Part shown: piece by piece, positions 36,700-48,797 of the stretch
How the letters are laid out: each line of letters starts with the position of its first letter
Position numbering within the stretch: the first letter of the stretch is position 1
Assembly: GCF_018350175.1 (NCBI RefSeq)
Contig: NC_058368.1
Span: forward strand, 111,974,001-112,038,000
Reading direction: 5' to 3'
DNA length: 64,000 nt
Source of the DNA: Felis catus
Lineage: Eukaryota
Notes under the pieces: model-generated
Seen by the model: only the letters and a program-made list of their open reading frames with translations
The model's database searches: none
What the model was told of the DNA's origin: nothing
Program-made: the position numbers and the translations under genes

Positions 36700-38900
36700 C
36701 TTTGTGCTTCTGTTTTGTGGGGTTGTGGCTGCCGGGGGATTGTGGGGGGAGACGGCCTGTCCCCCTCCGCCAGCCTCCGCAGGCCCTTAGGGAGGCGCCA
36801 GATTGTGTGGGCGGCGTCGCCTGGGGATGGTGGGATGTGGCTCCCACCCGGCTGAGGGCAGGGGAGTCTTACGGGCACGCCGGGGAAACTCGGCCCAAGT
36901 GGCCCCCCTCCCCTCCCCCAGGCCGGGGAGGAGGCCGCCGAGAGCTCTCCAATTGGAGAGCCTTTCATCTCTTTGTTTTTACAGTGATTAACCGGTCCGA
37001 GCGCGCTCCAAGCGTGGCTCCAGGCAGCGCAGGGGGAGGGGAGCGCAGGGCAGGGCCAGGAAGGGAGGGAGGGGCTCTGGGCTTTGTCGCTTTATGGGTA
37101 CTGTGCTGCCATAGCAATGGGGCTTTCTATGGCCTGACTTTCATTCGATTCCATTAAAAAGCCTGTCTGCTCAGTCTCGCGAGCGGAGAGGGCGTTCCGT
37201 CTTCTCCAGTCTTGCCCTGCGCCCCTCGCCCTTGGGGAGAGTAGGGCGCAGACTGGGCTAGGTCGCCGGACGCGCAGGGGTGCGGGGGCGGCGAGCAGAG
37301 GACTTGATTTTGGGCACACAGCACCCTTCCCCGGGTCGCCAAAGGTGGGAGGCTAGCCTCGCGCTCCGGCGCCCCCGGGAGCCCCTTCCTCTCCAGGGGC
37401 GTTGGGGCTGGAGGGAGGCACGCAGTTCAGCCCTAGTCCGGCAGGAGGGAGGCCAGGGCACCTGCCGGTCGCTCCACCTCTGCATGCATTTCACACTTTC
37501 TATCCTGTTAGGCGTCCGCACTCCTATGCCTATGCGGACTTTTTCCCCTCTGGTTTTTATGTCATGTGGATTTAATCTAGTTAGACGATTTTCTGCTTAA
37601 AATTGCATTGTTAACAGCAATTGTTTAAAAGTGGACCGAGAGCCTAGACGCCCAATCTTTGAACCGGGCGGGTTTTGCATGCCTCTGCTCGGTGCACGAA
37701 TCGGCCAGCACGGATCCGAGAGAGGAGGGGGAGGGCGACATAGAACAATCCTCGAGCTTTCTCGCTCTTGAGCCTTCAGGGCCTTTCCCCCAAGCGCAAA
37801 CAGATGCAAATGTCTCTGCAAACATTTCACAAAGCTATAAAGAGAGAGGCGGCCTCTCCAGGCCTCAATAGCCTTTTAAACTCAGTCCAATTGCCCCTAA
37901 GTAGAGGTAAAGGGTCCGCACGCATTTTTTCACTTTGGCTGGAAGCGGGGGTGTAAGAAGAGAGGGCCTTGTGGGAGCGGGGGCTAAATAAGGGCTCCTT
38001 TGGTGCAATGGTTTGTGCCGTCTACCCCGGCTGCCGCGCACGAAGACAGACTAGAGGGTGCAGTGGCTCTGGGGACCCCAGCACCTCGGGCCGTCCGGGA
38101 CCGCGATGCCGAGGAAGCTGGTGCCGCGAGAATGCGCTCCCGGAGGGGGCGCGGGTCCTTTCAGGCCCACAAAGGCCGCGCTAAATCGCGGCGTGCACAA
38201 TAGCATGAAAGGGCGCGCTCAGGCCCTTCAGCAACAAAGTGGGATCACACCGCTCCAAGGGGACTGATAAGCTTTTAACTAGTAGGCACGACGGCGTCGC
38301 CTCGCCCTTTGTGCGTGCCGCGCCGCGATGAGAGCGGGAGTGTACCCTCCTGGCCCCTGGGGGTAACGGGGACTCTGCTTTCCGCGTCCCTCAGAAATCC
38401 AAGGGCAGCCGGGAGCGCAGAGCACCAGGCTTTTCCTTCCCACCTCTCCAGCAGAAGCTCCTGAGGCCTGAGGGTGCAGTCCCTAGCTCGCCCCAAACCC
38501 ATGCGTCCTGCGCGCCCACGTGGGCCTCGCGGGCTTAGAGGCTTGGGCACTTCGTCATCCCTCCGAAGACCGTGTGAAGACTTCGGGATCTTAGAGCTGA
38601 GGAGGAAGTAGCTCCAGCAAAAGACTCCAGCGTGGGTGCGAACTCAGCTGCTGGTCCCCAGCATGTAGCCAAGTGGCCACCGCCTCCAGTCCAAGGCCTT
38701 CCCTCTCATACACCGCTGGCAAAATGTGCCCTGGGCGCGCTGGGCGGCTGAGCGCCTGCAGGCACCCGCCGGGAATGGCCCCTCTCTCCTTCACCTTCTT
38801 CCCGGCACTGTGCGACCTAACATACCATCTATGTTTGTTGAGGCTGGGTGGTGGGTGGTTGCGGTGCGTTTGGGGGAATTGTGGTCGCCGAACCTCCGGC
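36700..38900. promoter_or_regulatory. CpG island 1 with AT-rich, motif-dense inserts
   Basis: High GC and abundant CpG by eye (obs/exp not computed), free of recognisable repeats; RFX-like GCTGCCATAGCAAT at 37105-37118, CATTGTT at 37606, ATGCAAAT at 37804. Confidence 0.8.
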
Positions 38901-39849
38901 CTGGTGGTCTCAGTGACAGAAATCAAATTATACATTAGGTGTAGTCCCAGAGAGTCACCAACCTTTCATACCTGAGCTGGGGTCGGTTTAATCCAGTCGC
39001 TGGGGCAGGAAGAAATGATTGCCCTGTGGAAGGACAGGAGCGTTCGAGCTTCAGTGGCAAGCCTGGGGGCATTTGAGTCTGTGGGTGTCTCTGAACCAGA
39101 TCAGTCCCTAAAGTGTACTTTGAGGGCATGGGCCATATCTCACTCCTGACAGGCAGTGGCCCTTAGGGATGTTCCCTGGGTGTCCGGTGGAACAAATGAA
39201 TGAGTTGCATGGAAGGGCTCAGGGCAGGAAGTCTCCAACTGTCCAGCAGTGAGAGATTTTGGAGTTTTGAGTGCCAGGGAAGGAGAAGCCCTCCCTTGAT
39301 GGCACCCCCCATCCCCCCACCCTCCACCCGGCACATTCTCACACACCAGCCTTCTCTGCTCCCAGGCCCCTTTCCCTCTGCCTTGGTGTCACTTTCACTT
39401 GTCTTCATTTGCTATGTCAGCCCCGGGCTGTCACTTTCTGGAAGTAGCGGATCCCAGCCCCAGACCTGATCCAAACATGCCTCTCTTAAAGCTGGTGTTT
39501 TGTGTGTGGCCAACAGCACTTTCCTTCACCTCAAAGACCTGGGCGGCCTTTGAATGCCCCCCAAAATCGTGGTGGTAACGGGGGTGCTTACCTAGATCAT
39601 AGGCTGGCTAGTGTTGGCCCCCCGTTATTTTACTGAGGCTTTCTTTGGGCAACCTCCTTTAACATCAGCGGTGCCAAGCCCCTGAGCTGGTACCAGTGTT
39701 TATCCCCATGGTACAGATGAGAACTTCCAGGCCTAGAGTTGCTGTCGCTTGTCAAACAATGGCAGAGTCAGGATTTGAACCTTGGCAATTGGTTCCAAAG
39801 CCCAGGTTCTATTCCGAGTTTGTTACAAACCGAGCGTCTTTCTCCTCTA

Positions 39850-40290
39850 ACTCCACCCCCACCCGTGGTACGAGAGACCAATTCTCCAGGCTGGGGGACG
39901 CAGCCTGCCTCCCAAGAGGCGCGTCCCGGTCGCCCTGGGCAGGTGCAGGGCCCAGGCGGGCGCGTAGGGCGGGGCGGGGGCGTTATCTCCTGACCGATGG
40001 CGGCCTGCACATCTGTTTATCTCTGAAGCCGCGCTGGATTGGATTTCTCGATGTTTATCTCCCTCGGAGGAGCAGTGCGCTGGGGCCGCGGAGCGCGCAG
40101 CTGCGAACCCGGCCGTGATTGACAGGTCGGGAACCTGGCCTCCCGCCCCTTTCCGTGTGGGTGCGGGAGGCTCCTCGGCCCACTGCTCCCCCTGATCCTC
40201 ATCAGAGAAAGCGCTGCAGGTGAGCGTGCCGGCAGCCAGGTGCCTCTGGGTTCCCCGGTCCGTCAGCGCGCCGGCTAGGTCTCTCCTTCG
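39850..40290 (+). promoter_or_regulatory. CpG island 2: candidate promoter and non-coding first exon
   Basis: GC boxes GGGCGGGGCGGGGGCG (~39967-39982), TTATCT x3, TGATTGACAG at 40116-40125, donor CAG|GTGAGC with the intron starting at 40220. Confidence 0.6.
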
Positions 40291-43191
40291 TTAAGGACCC
40301 CTTAGCTGAGCCAGAGGGACAGTGTTTATTTAGCGATGTAGATTGGGGACAGAGGATGGAGATGAGGGGCGATGGGCAGTGAAAAGATGGAGGAAATCCC
40401 AATGAGTGCATTTCCTAACCTGTCAGGTAGGCAGCGTCAGGGAACTGAGGGAAGGTCCTCAGAAGTGCCCTCTGCTCCAGATTGCCTGGGGTGAAGAGGG
40501 AGGCCCACGTGGGGAAAGGGGACTGTGAGGCCACAAGTACTTCCAAGTGAGGCCACTTCAGGAGGCTACAAAGGTCAGCGAAACTGAAGATTTGACCATT
40601 TAGCTACCTTTCTTGGCCATACCCCCACCCATTCAGGTCACCTCCCATGGTCTTTTGTTATTGCAGTTTGTAGTTCTATGTACGATCACTGGTGTGGTCG
40701 TGTGACCGATGGGGGAGGCTGGGTCAGTGCTGAGGCACCCTGGCTTGTTACATGAGTGTCAGCATGTATTGGTGATTTAAATTCCCCTGTCTCAGTGGCT
40801 ACCTAATAGATGTGATCTGTCCCTCTAAAGTTTATTTCAATTCCCACACTTCATCTACCACTTAGCTTCCCATTTTCACTGTCCAGCCCCCTTGAGAGGG
40901 GGATTATTGAGTACCCCTTGTGCTCCTGATGTTAGGGACAAATTAGCACATCTGTCAAAGCCCATACCCATCACTTGCAGTAGAGGTCTGGGGTCTTGAG
41001 CGACAAGAGATAGGACACTCAGTGTGAGAAGTGCACACTCTACCCGAGTTGCTTGCTAAGGACTCAAAGTCTACAGAGAGCAACGGCTGTTCTTACTGGC
41101 TGTGTGGGTGGCCCTGTATGTTCACTGATGACATCCAGACACCTGGATTTATCGTTTCACGCAGACTATACTGAGCCAGCTAGTGGCAGTAACCCCGAAG
41201 TAAATTGAAGTGTTGTCATGGGCAAACGGATACTGGGCGACTCCACACGGGACACATGTGCACCTCTCCTGGCAGAATGGGCAGGGATTCTCTGGGCTGG
41301 AGGGCCAATGCGTTGTTCTAGAGTGCCAAGAAATAGAGATAGGACTGTTGTTAGCAACCTCAATTGCCCTTCTAGCCCTGCACCAGACTGGCTGTCTAAT
41401 GGCATGAGGTGTGGGACTGGTCCACAAATGCTGGCTTGTTGGTTTCCTCACTGTTTATGCTGCCCTGTGGAAGCGAACGATGGTTCTCATGAACCTTTAC
41501 TGAATCAGAAACCAGAACATCCATGGAGGCCCACAAGGAACAGAAAACCAGGGTTCATACAGTGAGGGATGAGAGGGCCCAAGTCTACGAGTGTGTTTCT
41601 ACTGAGTGTTAGCCTCTCTTTTCCAGAAGCCACCGGGGACTCAGACCTGGTTCTCTGTAGCCGGAAGCTCTGCTGGGAGATCTGAAGGGCAGAGAAGGCC
41701 TCACCTGAGCTCTCTTTCTGGTCACTGAGTCAGGTTCAGGATATTGTAAAACAAAGCCTGTTTTGAGACATGACTGGTTAGGGCTGATTCAGGCTTCGAG
41801 ACATGGCTTCTGTTTTCCTTTTGTGAGTTGGCATCCACCATGACAGAGGCCAAGACAGGCAGAGGGAGGGCCTCATCCTCCCAGTTACTTTGGACAGGTG
41901 GAAGTTAATCCATTCTTTCTGAAACAAATCATTATGTCCCTGAAGAGACACTGATGGCCTCTTACCACCACGAGGAGGCTTAAAAGGTTTTCCCTCTAAG
42001 AGCCAGGTCATGAACATCTTGAGGTGAAGTCAGGAATGGAAGGAATTTAACCATCCACAGTTGCTGGCCAGCTGCCAGGGGAGAGCCCCGGAGCCTTGTT
42101 TGGGAAACAGACTCTATGGGTGGCTTAGCTGAAGAGAAGAGAGCAACAGAGTGGCTGGAAAGAGGGCATTGGGGAAGGACTGAGGAGTGGACGTAGAGCC
42201 TTCTCTGCCCCCTGGAGCCTTGAGAATATTTGCTTTTAGGGAAAGAGGCATGGGAATTGTCCTGAGCATAACTCCCAGCCCTACGGAGAGCTGAAGGTAG
42301 GGCTTAAGGCGCCATGGGCAAAGGCTCCCGAGGGGTGTCCTGGAGAATCTGGGCAGAGACTCCCTCGTTCTGGGTGCTGGTGCAGCTCTCCCACACCTCT
42401 GGGTCACCTCCATTATTTAGGCCACAGCATTGGTTGGTCAGGCTGCTGCTGCTCCCTCTTCTTCCCCCACTCTCCCCCCCGGCCCCCCCGCCCATTGTAC
42501 TAGACCCTCCATCTGACAAAGTCCTAACATTTAGAATAAAGAGATAAGGGCTGGACCTTTAAGGAAGAGGCTTCTCTTTTCTAACTGTTTAGCCTGCTGC
42601 CCTGATGAATCATTAAGATTCCCTTGGTGTGGGGCTGCACAGACACAAATCCCTCCCCACACTGTACTGCTCTGGCATGACCAGGGGTTCAGGTCTCCCT
42701 GCCTTGCCCCTCCAGGACACAGGGCTGGAGCAGCCCCTCTATCCCACACAGAGGCCCCTGGAGGCCTGCCTCAGATCTGGGGATGGAGGCCTGGAGAAGC
42801 AGCAGGCCAATTTCATTGGCTGACCTGAGAGGCTGGGGAGGTCTCCCTGCAGAGGGCCTGGGCGGGCTGGTGGCCTGGAGACCTTGGGAGGTCCCTGACA
42901 GTGAAGTCTAATTTCTTTTTTCCTTATGTGGTCGAGGGGTAGTTGAAGATTGAGGTGAAAGTTCTCTAAGCACATGATATGCACTTGGCCTGGTTTTTCC
43001 TTTCAGGGTCCTCAGAACTTCTGCTAAGTCTGACACACAGCAGGTGCTGAGGAACAACCAGCAGAATTATGGGGCAGCTATAGGAGTGAGGAACCAAAGA
43101 GAGAGACCCCTTCACAGAGTTTTATTACCTGGGGCTCTGACATCATGTCCTAGGTCGGTTGTAGCCTTTTGTGTCTTTAGAAGACTTTTCT

Positions 43192-43403
43192 TTCTTTTTT
43201 TTTTTAATGTTTATTTATTTTTGAGAGAGAGACAGAGTGTGACCGGGGGAGGAGCAGAGAGAGAGGGAGACACAGAATCTGAAGGAGGCTCCAGGCTCCG
43301 AGCTGTCAGCACAGAGCCCGATGCGGGGCTCGAACTCACGGACTGCGAGATTATGACCCGAGCTGAAGTCGGATGCTTACCGACTGAGCCACCCAAGTGC
43401 CCC
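43192..43403 (-). mobile_element. Feliform CanSINE
   Basis: TSD TTTAGAAGAC(T/A)TTTCT at 43176-43191 and 43404-43419. Confidence 0.96.
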
Positions 43404-43515
43404 TTTAGAAGACATTTCTAGAAAACTGCACACATCAGATAGTTGTAAATTGGAAACTTGGAGTTTTCCTAGATTTCTAGAAACTGGGTAAGGAGTGTGA
43501 GAGTCCTTACCTGAG

Positions 43516-43760
43516 TGGCCTCTGGGAGATAATTAGGTCATAAAGGTGGGGTGCTCATGAATGGGATTAGTGCCCTTATAAAAGAGACCCCAGGGAGCTC
43601 CCTCAATCCCTCTGCGAGATGAGGACATGGTGAGAGGTTGCAACTGAGGAAGAGGGCTCTCACCAGAACCAGACTGTGCTGGCATGCCAATCTCAGACTT
43701 TCTGCCTCCAGAGCTGTGAGGAATAAATATCTGTTGTTTATAAGCCACCCAGTCAATGGT
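43516..43760 (+). mobile_element. MaLR LTR (MLT1A/MST-like), partial
   Basis: CTCATGAATGGGATTAGTGCCCTTATAAAAGAGACCCC...GCCTCCAGAGCTGTGAGGAATAAATATCTGTTGTTTATAAGCCACCCAGTC. Confidence 0.85.
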
Positions 43761-44167
43761 TGTTCAAGGAGGTCAACGAAAGGACATGACCACCAGGTGA
43801 CCATTGAGCTGGGCCCAGAGAGTCGGAGGCTTCTTACCTCCTACTCTGGCCTTGGAATGTGCATTCTACACACCCACTGTTCCTGTGCTAGGAGCCACGT
43901 CAAGGACACAGCCTTGAGAGAGTAATGTATTATTGAGACCACCTTGGACCGAACCCCATTAAAGCCTATATATAAACTCTTCAGATTCTAACAGGAGGGC
44001 ACTGAGATTTACTGTTCTTGCGGCCACCTGAGATAAGCCCGATATGTAAATTCCCTTGCTTGTTAAAATTGCCATCTACCAATCTTTCCTTGGGCTCTCC
44101 TTGCTGCCCTTGTCCAGGGACCAGTTTCAAATTTCACCCGAGGAGTTCTGGAGGTTCCCAAGTGACA
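43761..44167 (+). mobile_element. Probable ERV solo LTR inserted into the MaLR LTR end
   Basis: About 400-bp TG...CA-bounded segment with a TATA box (CCTATATATAAAC, ~43964) that interrupts the MaLR just before its terminus; family not identified, no clear TSD. Confidence 0.5.
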
Positions 44168-44194
44168 GTAGTCGTTGGAGCTGACGATGACAAG

Positions 44195-44538
44195 GATGCA
44201 GGCAAGATGCCACTTGAAGGGATGACTGGGGTCAGAGGATGTGCTTTCAGGATGGCTCACTCACAAGGATGGCAGGTTAGTGCAGGCTGTTGGCAAGGGC
44301 CTCCGTTTCTCGCTTTGCGGACCTCTTCATTGGGCTGCTTGAGTGTCCTCAAGACAGACTAGCTGGCTTCCCCCAAAGCAAGCGTTTCAAGAGAGACCAA
44401 GGAAAACCTGCTCTGTCTTTTCGTCCCTCCCCTCGGAAGTCGTATGCCATCACGTCCAGGACATCTGGGGGCACTACACAGGGCATGAGTAATGGGAGGT
44501 GAGGATGGTCGGGGGCCTCTGGGAGGCTGGCTGTCACA
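44195..44538 (-). mobile_element. MaLR LTR (MLT1H-like)
   Basis: GATGGCTCACTCACA...GGGCTGCTTGAGTGTCCTCA...GGCTTCCCCCAAAGCAAG...GGAGGCTGGCTGTCACA. Confidence 0.75.
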
Positions 44539-46309
44539 CCTTGTAATGTAGTCTATACCTTCTTAGGTATCGCCCGCGGTGTTCATGGTTACTCTTTCTC
44601 CATTAGCTCTTTGAGAGCAGGGATCTTTGTCCTTTTGACTTCGCACGTGTCCACATGTCCATGTGTCTGCCACATAGAGGCACTCAACAGATAGTTGTTA
44701 AATTGTAGTTAGCGTGAATGGAATTCTTTTCCCAGGGCCTGAAGGGGGTGAGGGAGGTGGTAGTCGGTGCGTCTGACTTATGTTTGTAAAACAAAAATCT
44801 CCTGCCTCTCACTGTCGAGTGTTGGCTCTGTGGGCTTTTTGTTGTCGTTGTTGTTAAAGTAAGGCCCACCTGTATTTCAAGGTAGCTAGCGAGAAAGGGT
44901 TATGGGCACATGACTTCTGCTTCGCGGGAAACAAAATGAAAGGAAGTCTCTTCATCTCTTTACGCTGTAGTTTTCCTCGTGGGAGACATGGAATATTGCT
45001 GGGTATTTTTAAGGATTAAGTGGCACAATGAATGCAAAGTACATCTTAAGCAGTAAGCTCTCAAAAATCGTGTTAATATCACTTGAACCTCGGAGGTGGT
45101 TGACTCTTAAGACAGGCTGCAGGAGAAGTGGAGAAACTCTCTCAGGTGCTTCAGCGCTGCCTGGATAACGCCTCAGGCGTGTGTCCTTGCCAGAAGCACC
45201 TGTGCACACCCATGCTGAGGTTCCCGGAACCACCCAGGAACGTTCCTGGGCAAGTTGAGGAGGTAATGGGGTCCTTCAGTCACATCCTTCAGTCAGATCC
45301 TACTAGTTGCTGGCCCTGGGCTTACACGCAGCACAACCCTTGGCCTCAGGGGACTCACCATCTAGGGGAGGGGCACATGGGTGGGCCAGTAGTCCTGGGA
45401 CAGTGTGGTCAGTGCAGTGTATAGACAAGTCCTAGAGGCTGGGGGTACAAACGGATTCAGAGTCAGCCTTATAGAGGTGGTGAGCTTTGGGGCTGCGTGG
45501 GAGTTGGAGGGCCTGAAGGACATGAGGTGGGGGGAAAAGAATGTCCCAGCATAGGAAATGCATAAAAGCCGGAAGTCCCAGAAAACAGGGTATGGGGGGG
45601 CCCATGTGGAGGCATAAAGAGAGATGACACTGGGGAGGTGAAGAGGTGAACCGTCTGGAATTTTATCGTGTATGGTTTTTATTTTGTGGCCCTAGCGAGA
45701 CTTAAAGAATGAGGTTGTCAGACCTGTTTGAAAGCCCATGGGTGGGCTTCTGGAGGACAGAATGGGTGAGACCCGAGGCAGGGAGATGGGAGAGGATGCT
45801 CGTGCAGGGACCCTGAAGCAAAAGGTAGGAATCCCAGCTTGCAGGACTGCACGGGGCCTAGCCCAGGGACCCTCCAGTCTGATCTGCAGGTCCCTTCCCT
45901 GGGGTCTGCCCAGTGACTGCTCATGGAGGAGGCCTTGGGTGACCACGTCACTACGTGACAGCAGAGAGCGAGGGGTGGGGGGCTTTGATCTGCTGCCCTT
46001 TTAACTCTGTACTGCTTCCACTGGAAAAGAGGGGACTTGTTTCAAAAGAGCTCCACCACCTCTCTTTCCCCTTTTCTCCCATTGGAAATGTAACGAAAGC
46101 CTTGTCATTAAGTCTTTATGTTCTCCCAGCACTTCTGCTATGCCTGGCTCAGTGTACCCTTGGGGTAAAGACAGTGGTTGCATTTATTTCCCCTGAAGAC
46201 CAGAGCCTGCCCACCCATCTTTTCTCAGCAACTTGTAGCACAGGGTCTAGCCCTTTTGGTGGAGGCCCAGTAAGCCGATGATGTTGGCAAATGGATTCAA
46301 GCACTGTTT

Positions 46310-46335
46310 TCTTTTTTAATGTTTATTTATTTATT

Positions 46336-46367
<32 letters not shown>

Positions 46368-46538
46368 GGAGAGAGAGCGCACACGATGGGGAGGGGCAGA
46401 GAAAGAGGGAGACACAGAATCTGAAGCAGGCTCCAGGCTCCAGCGCAGAACCTGATGCGGGGCCCGAACCCATGAATTGCGAGATCATGACCTGGGCCAA
46501 AGTCGATGCTTAACGGACTAAGCCACCCAGGTGCCCCT
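46310..46538 (-). mobile_element. Feliform CanSINE
   Basis: CanSINE body; degenerate TSD AGCA(C/T)TGTTTT. Confidence 0.95.
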
Positions 46539-47818
46539 CGAGCATTGTTTTAAAGCCCTTTCTGCAGAGTCCTTTTTTCTGTGCATGCCCCCACCTCACA
46601 GAGCCATCTTCCAGAATGGGATTTATCAGATCTGTTTCCACCCCATTCCCTCCCCAACCCAGGTTCACAGCCAGGGGAGCGACAGATGAGCTGGGTGCTT
46701 GCTTGCTTGCTTCCTTGCTTGCTTGCTTTTTTTTTTTTTTTTTTTTTGCTAAATGACTGGGATCTCGATTAAAGGAAGCTACATCTGTCATGCCCAGCCT
46801 GAGGACTTTGAGGCAGGCTCTGGGGGGCAGCCTGCAAGTGTCTTGAACCAGCCCTCTCCATTTGACGATGGTAGGGAACCCTCAAATTGACCCTGGAGGG
46901 TCCTCGTGGTCTCTTGTACCTCTTCCCTTCACCCCTGACCCCCACCTGGCCCCATGCCAGGTGCTGGGCTCTCACCTTTGGGATCGTCAGCTCCCACTCT
47001 GTGTGTGAGATGGCGGGGGAGGAGAAGTGTCAGGTTTTTGTAGTGGAGAAAATCTGGCAGTCCTGAATTTATTCCTGAATCAAGCATCTGCTGAGTGTGT
47101 TTTCCAGGATTATGATACATTTTTTGAGGGAGTCGGGGAGAGAAGAGAGTGAGGAAATGGTGATTCCTTCTTGACTTTTCCCCTGCTATTCTCAGAGCCC
47201 TGGGAGGCTTGGTGTCAGACCCAGCATCAGGTCTGACTCTGCCACTTGCTTGATCCTTTCTGTCTGTTCCCATCCAGAAATGGAGACAAACACGTTCATG
47301 CTCTTTACCTGAGGATCCAATGAGCCATTATCTGCAAAAAGTTTTATAAACTATAGATTGATGTGATCCTGCCTGTTTTTCCCATGTTGGGGAAGGGAAG
47401 GGCCTGAATAGCAGGCATTAGATGAGTGTGGGGCACCCTTGGGACTTCGGTCCAAGGTGTCATCATGGCTTTTCCTTCCTAGCTTCCATGGCAGGGGAGT
47501 TGGGGTGCAGCATTGGAAGCTGACCTGTGGTTATCAATTAATTAAAACCCACTGACTGCTGAAGCAGGTGGGGAAGGGAAGGAATGAGTCTAGCACCTGC
47601 TCCAATGGAGTGAGCCACCAACCCCAGCATCCTGGCTTGGCTTCAGTCTCTGACAAATGTCTTTCCTCATGGCAAGAAATGAGGAGGGGGCATGGCCTGA
47701 AGCTGGCCTCCAGAAGGAAGTGCACAGTTGAATCAGATGACCCAGATTTCCAATGGCTTCTCTTTCCTGCCCTTTGTGAATACTTCAGATCCCAGAAGAA
47801 AACCTTTCCCCCCCAGGA

Positions 47819-47927
47819 AGGGTGATCAGCTGTCCTGGTTTGTCCCAGACTGAGGAGCTTCCCAGGGTGTGGGACTTCCAGTGCTCACACAGTGACTGTC
47901 CCAGGCAAACCAGGATAAGTGTCCCCT
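47819..47927. mobile_element. MER81-like hAT-Blackjack MITE
   Basis: AGGGTGATCAGCTGTCCTGGTTTGTCCCAGACTG...GTCCCAGGCAAACCAGGATAAGTGTCCCCT; imperfect terminal inverted repeats. Confidence 0.75.
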
Positions 47928-48369
47928 GAGAGTTTATTCCTCTTGAATCGATCCCTGTTACTACAGAAGTGGCAACATCACCCCCACCCTCCCCCGCCCC
48001 CAGGAGGGAGAGGGAGGAAACTTGATTTTATCTTCGCCTTCTGCATTGCCAGCCTTGTGGTTGGTGTGAACTGGTCAAGGAGTGGGTCACAGTTCTTGGA
48101 TGAGTCACTGTCTGATTAATGTAATGTTATCTACCCAGGTCATGGTGAGAGTGTTGGAAGATAAGAGGACCATGAAATGCATAATTCATATCAGGAGGGT
48201 GAGATCAAACAATGTTTGTCTAGCTCCATCTGAAGAGAAGTCTAGAATAGGAGACAAAGGAGGTTTATGTTTACCTTTTTTGTCTAGAGTTCTAAGTGGT
48301 AACATTAGGGATTTGGGGGTTAACATACTTGAGGTAAGCAGAGGTGACCTGAGGTGTTAGGGTGGGAAA

Positions 48370-48580
48370 GGCAGGGACTTTGCAAGTTGACCTACCCCTG
48401 AGTCCTTCTGCTTATTTCCTGTGTTACCTCAAGTATGCACTTGACTCCTCCCCCCCTCAGTGTTCTTATCAGCAGAATGAGAAACTTATTTACTACAGGG
48501 TTGCTTTGAGAGTCATGTATCACATTGTCTGGAAAGTGCTTAGCATATGATCCCTGGCACATAGTAGGGACTCAATCCCT
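48370..48580 (+). mobile_element. MIR SINE
   Basis: CCTCAGTGTTCTTATCAGCAGAATG...AAAGTGCTTAGCATATGATCCCTGGCACATAGTAGG. Confidence 0.75.
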
Positions 48581-48797
48581 GTGAAATTCCTCAAATCTCT
48601 CAGGGATTTTAAATAGGCTTGAGAACTTTTGCTTTGCTTATACATGCTTTTTTGAAGTGTTTTTTTTTTTTCTGACCATGTTTTGTAGTATTTGCTTCAT
48701 GCAATAGAACACATGTAAGGTGTATATAAGTTATGACACAAAATTGAAAAAAGAGCCCCTGGAAACTCATCACTCAACTTAAGATCTAGAGCATTCC

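Noticed and set aside
36591..37157. Longest ORF in the window (188 aa)
   Set aside because: Low-complexity G/R/P-rich translation of CpG-island DNA with no recognisable domain; long ORFs are expected in stop-poor GC-rich DNA.
41176..41189. CTCF-like CCAGCTAGTGGCAG (also CCCTAGAGGCAG at ~35741)
   Set aside because: Mismatches at the most informative core positions.
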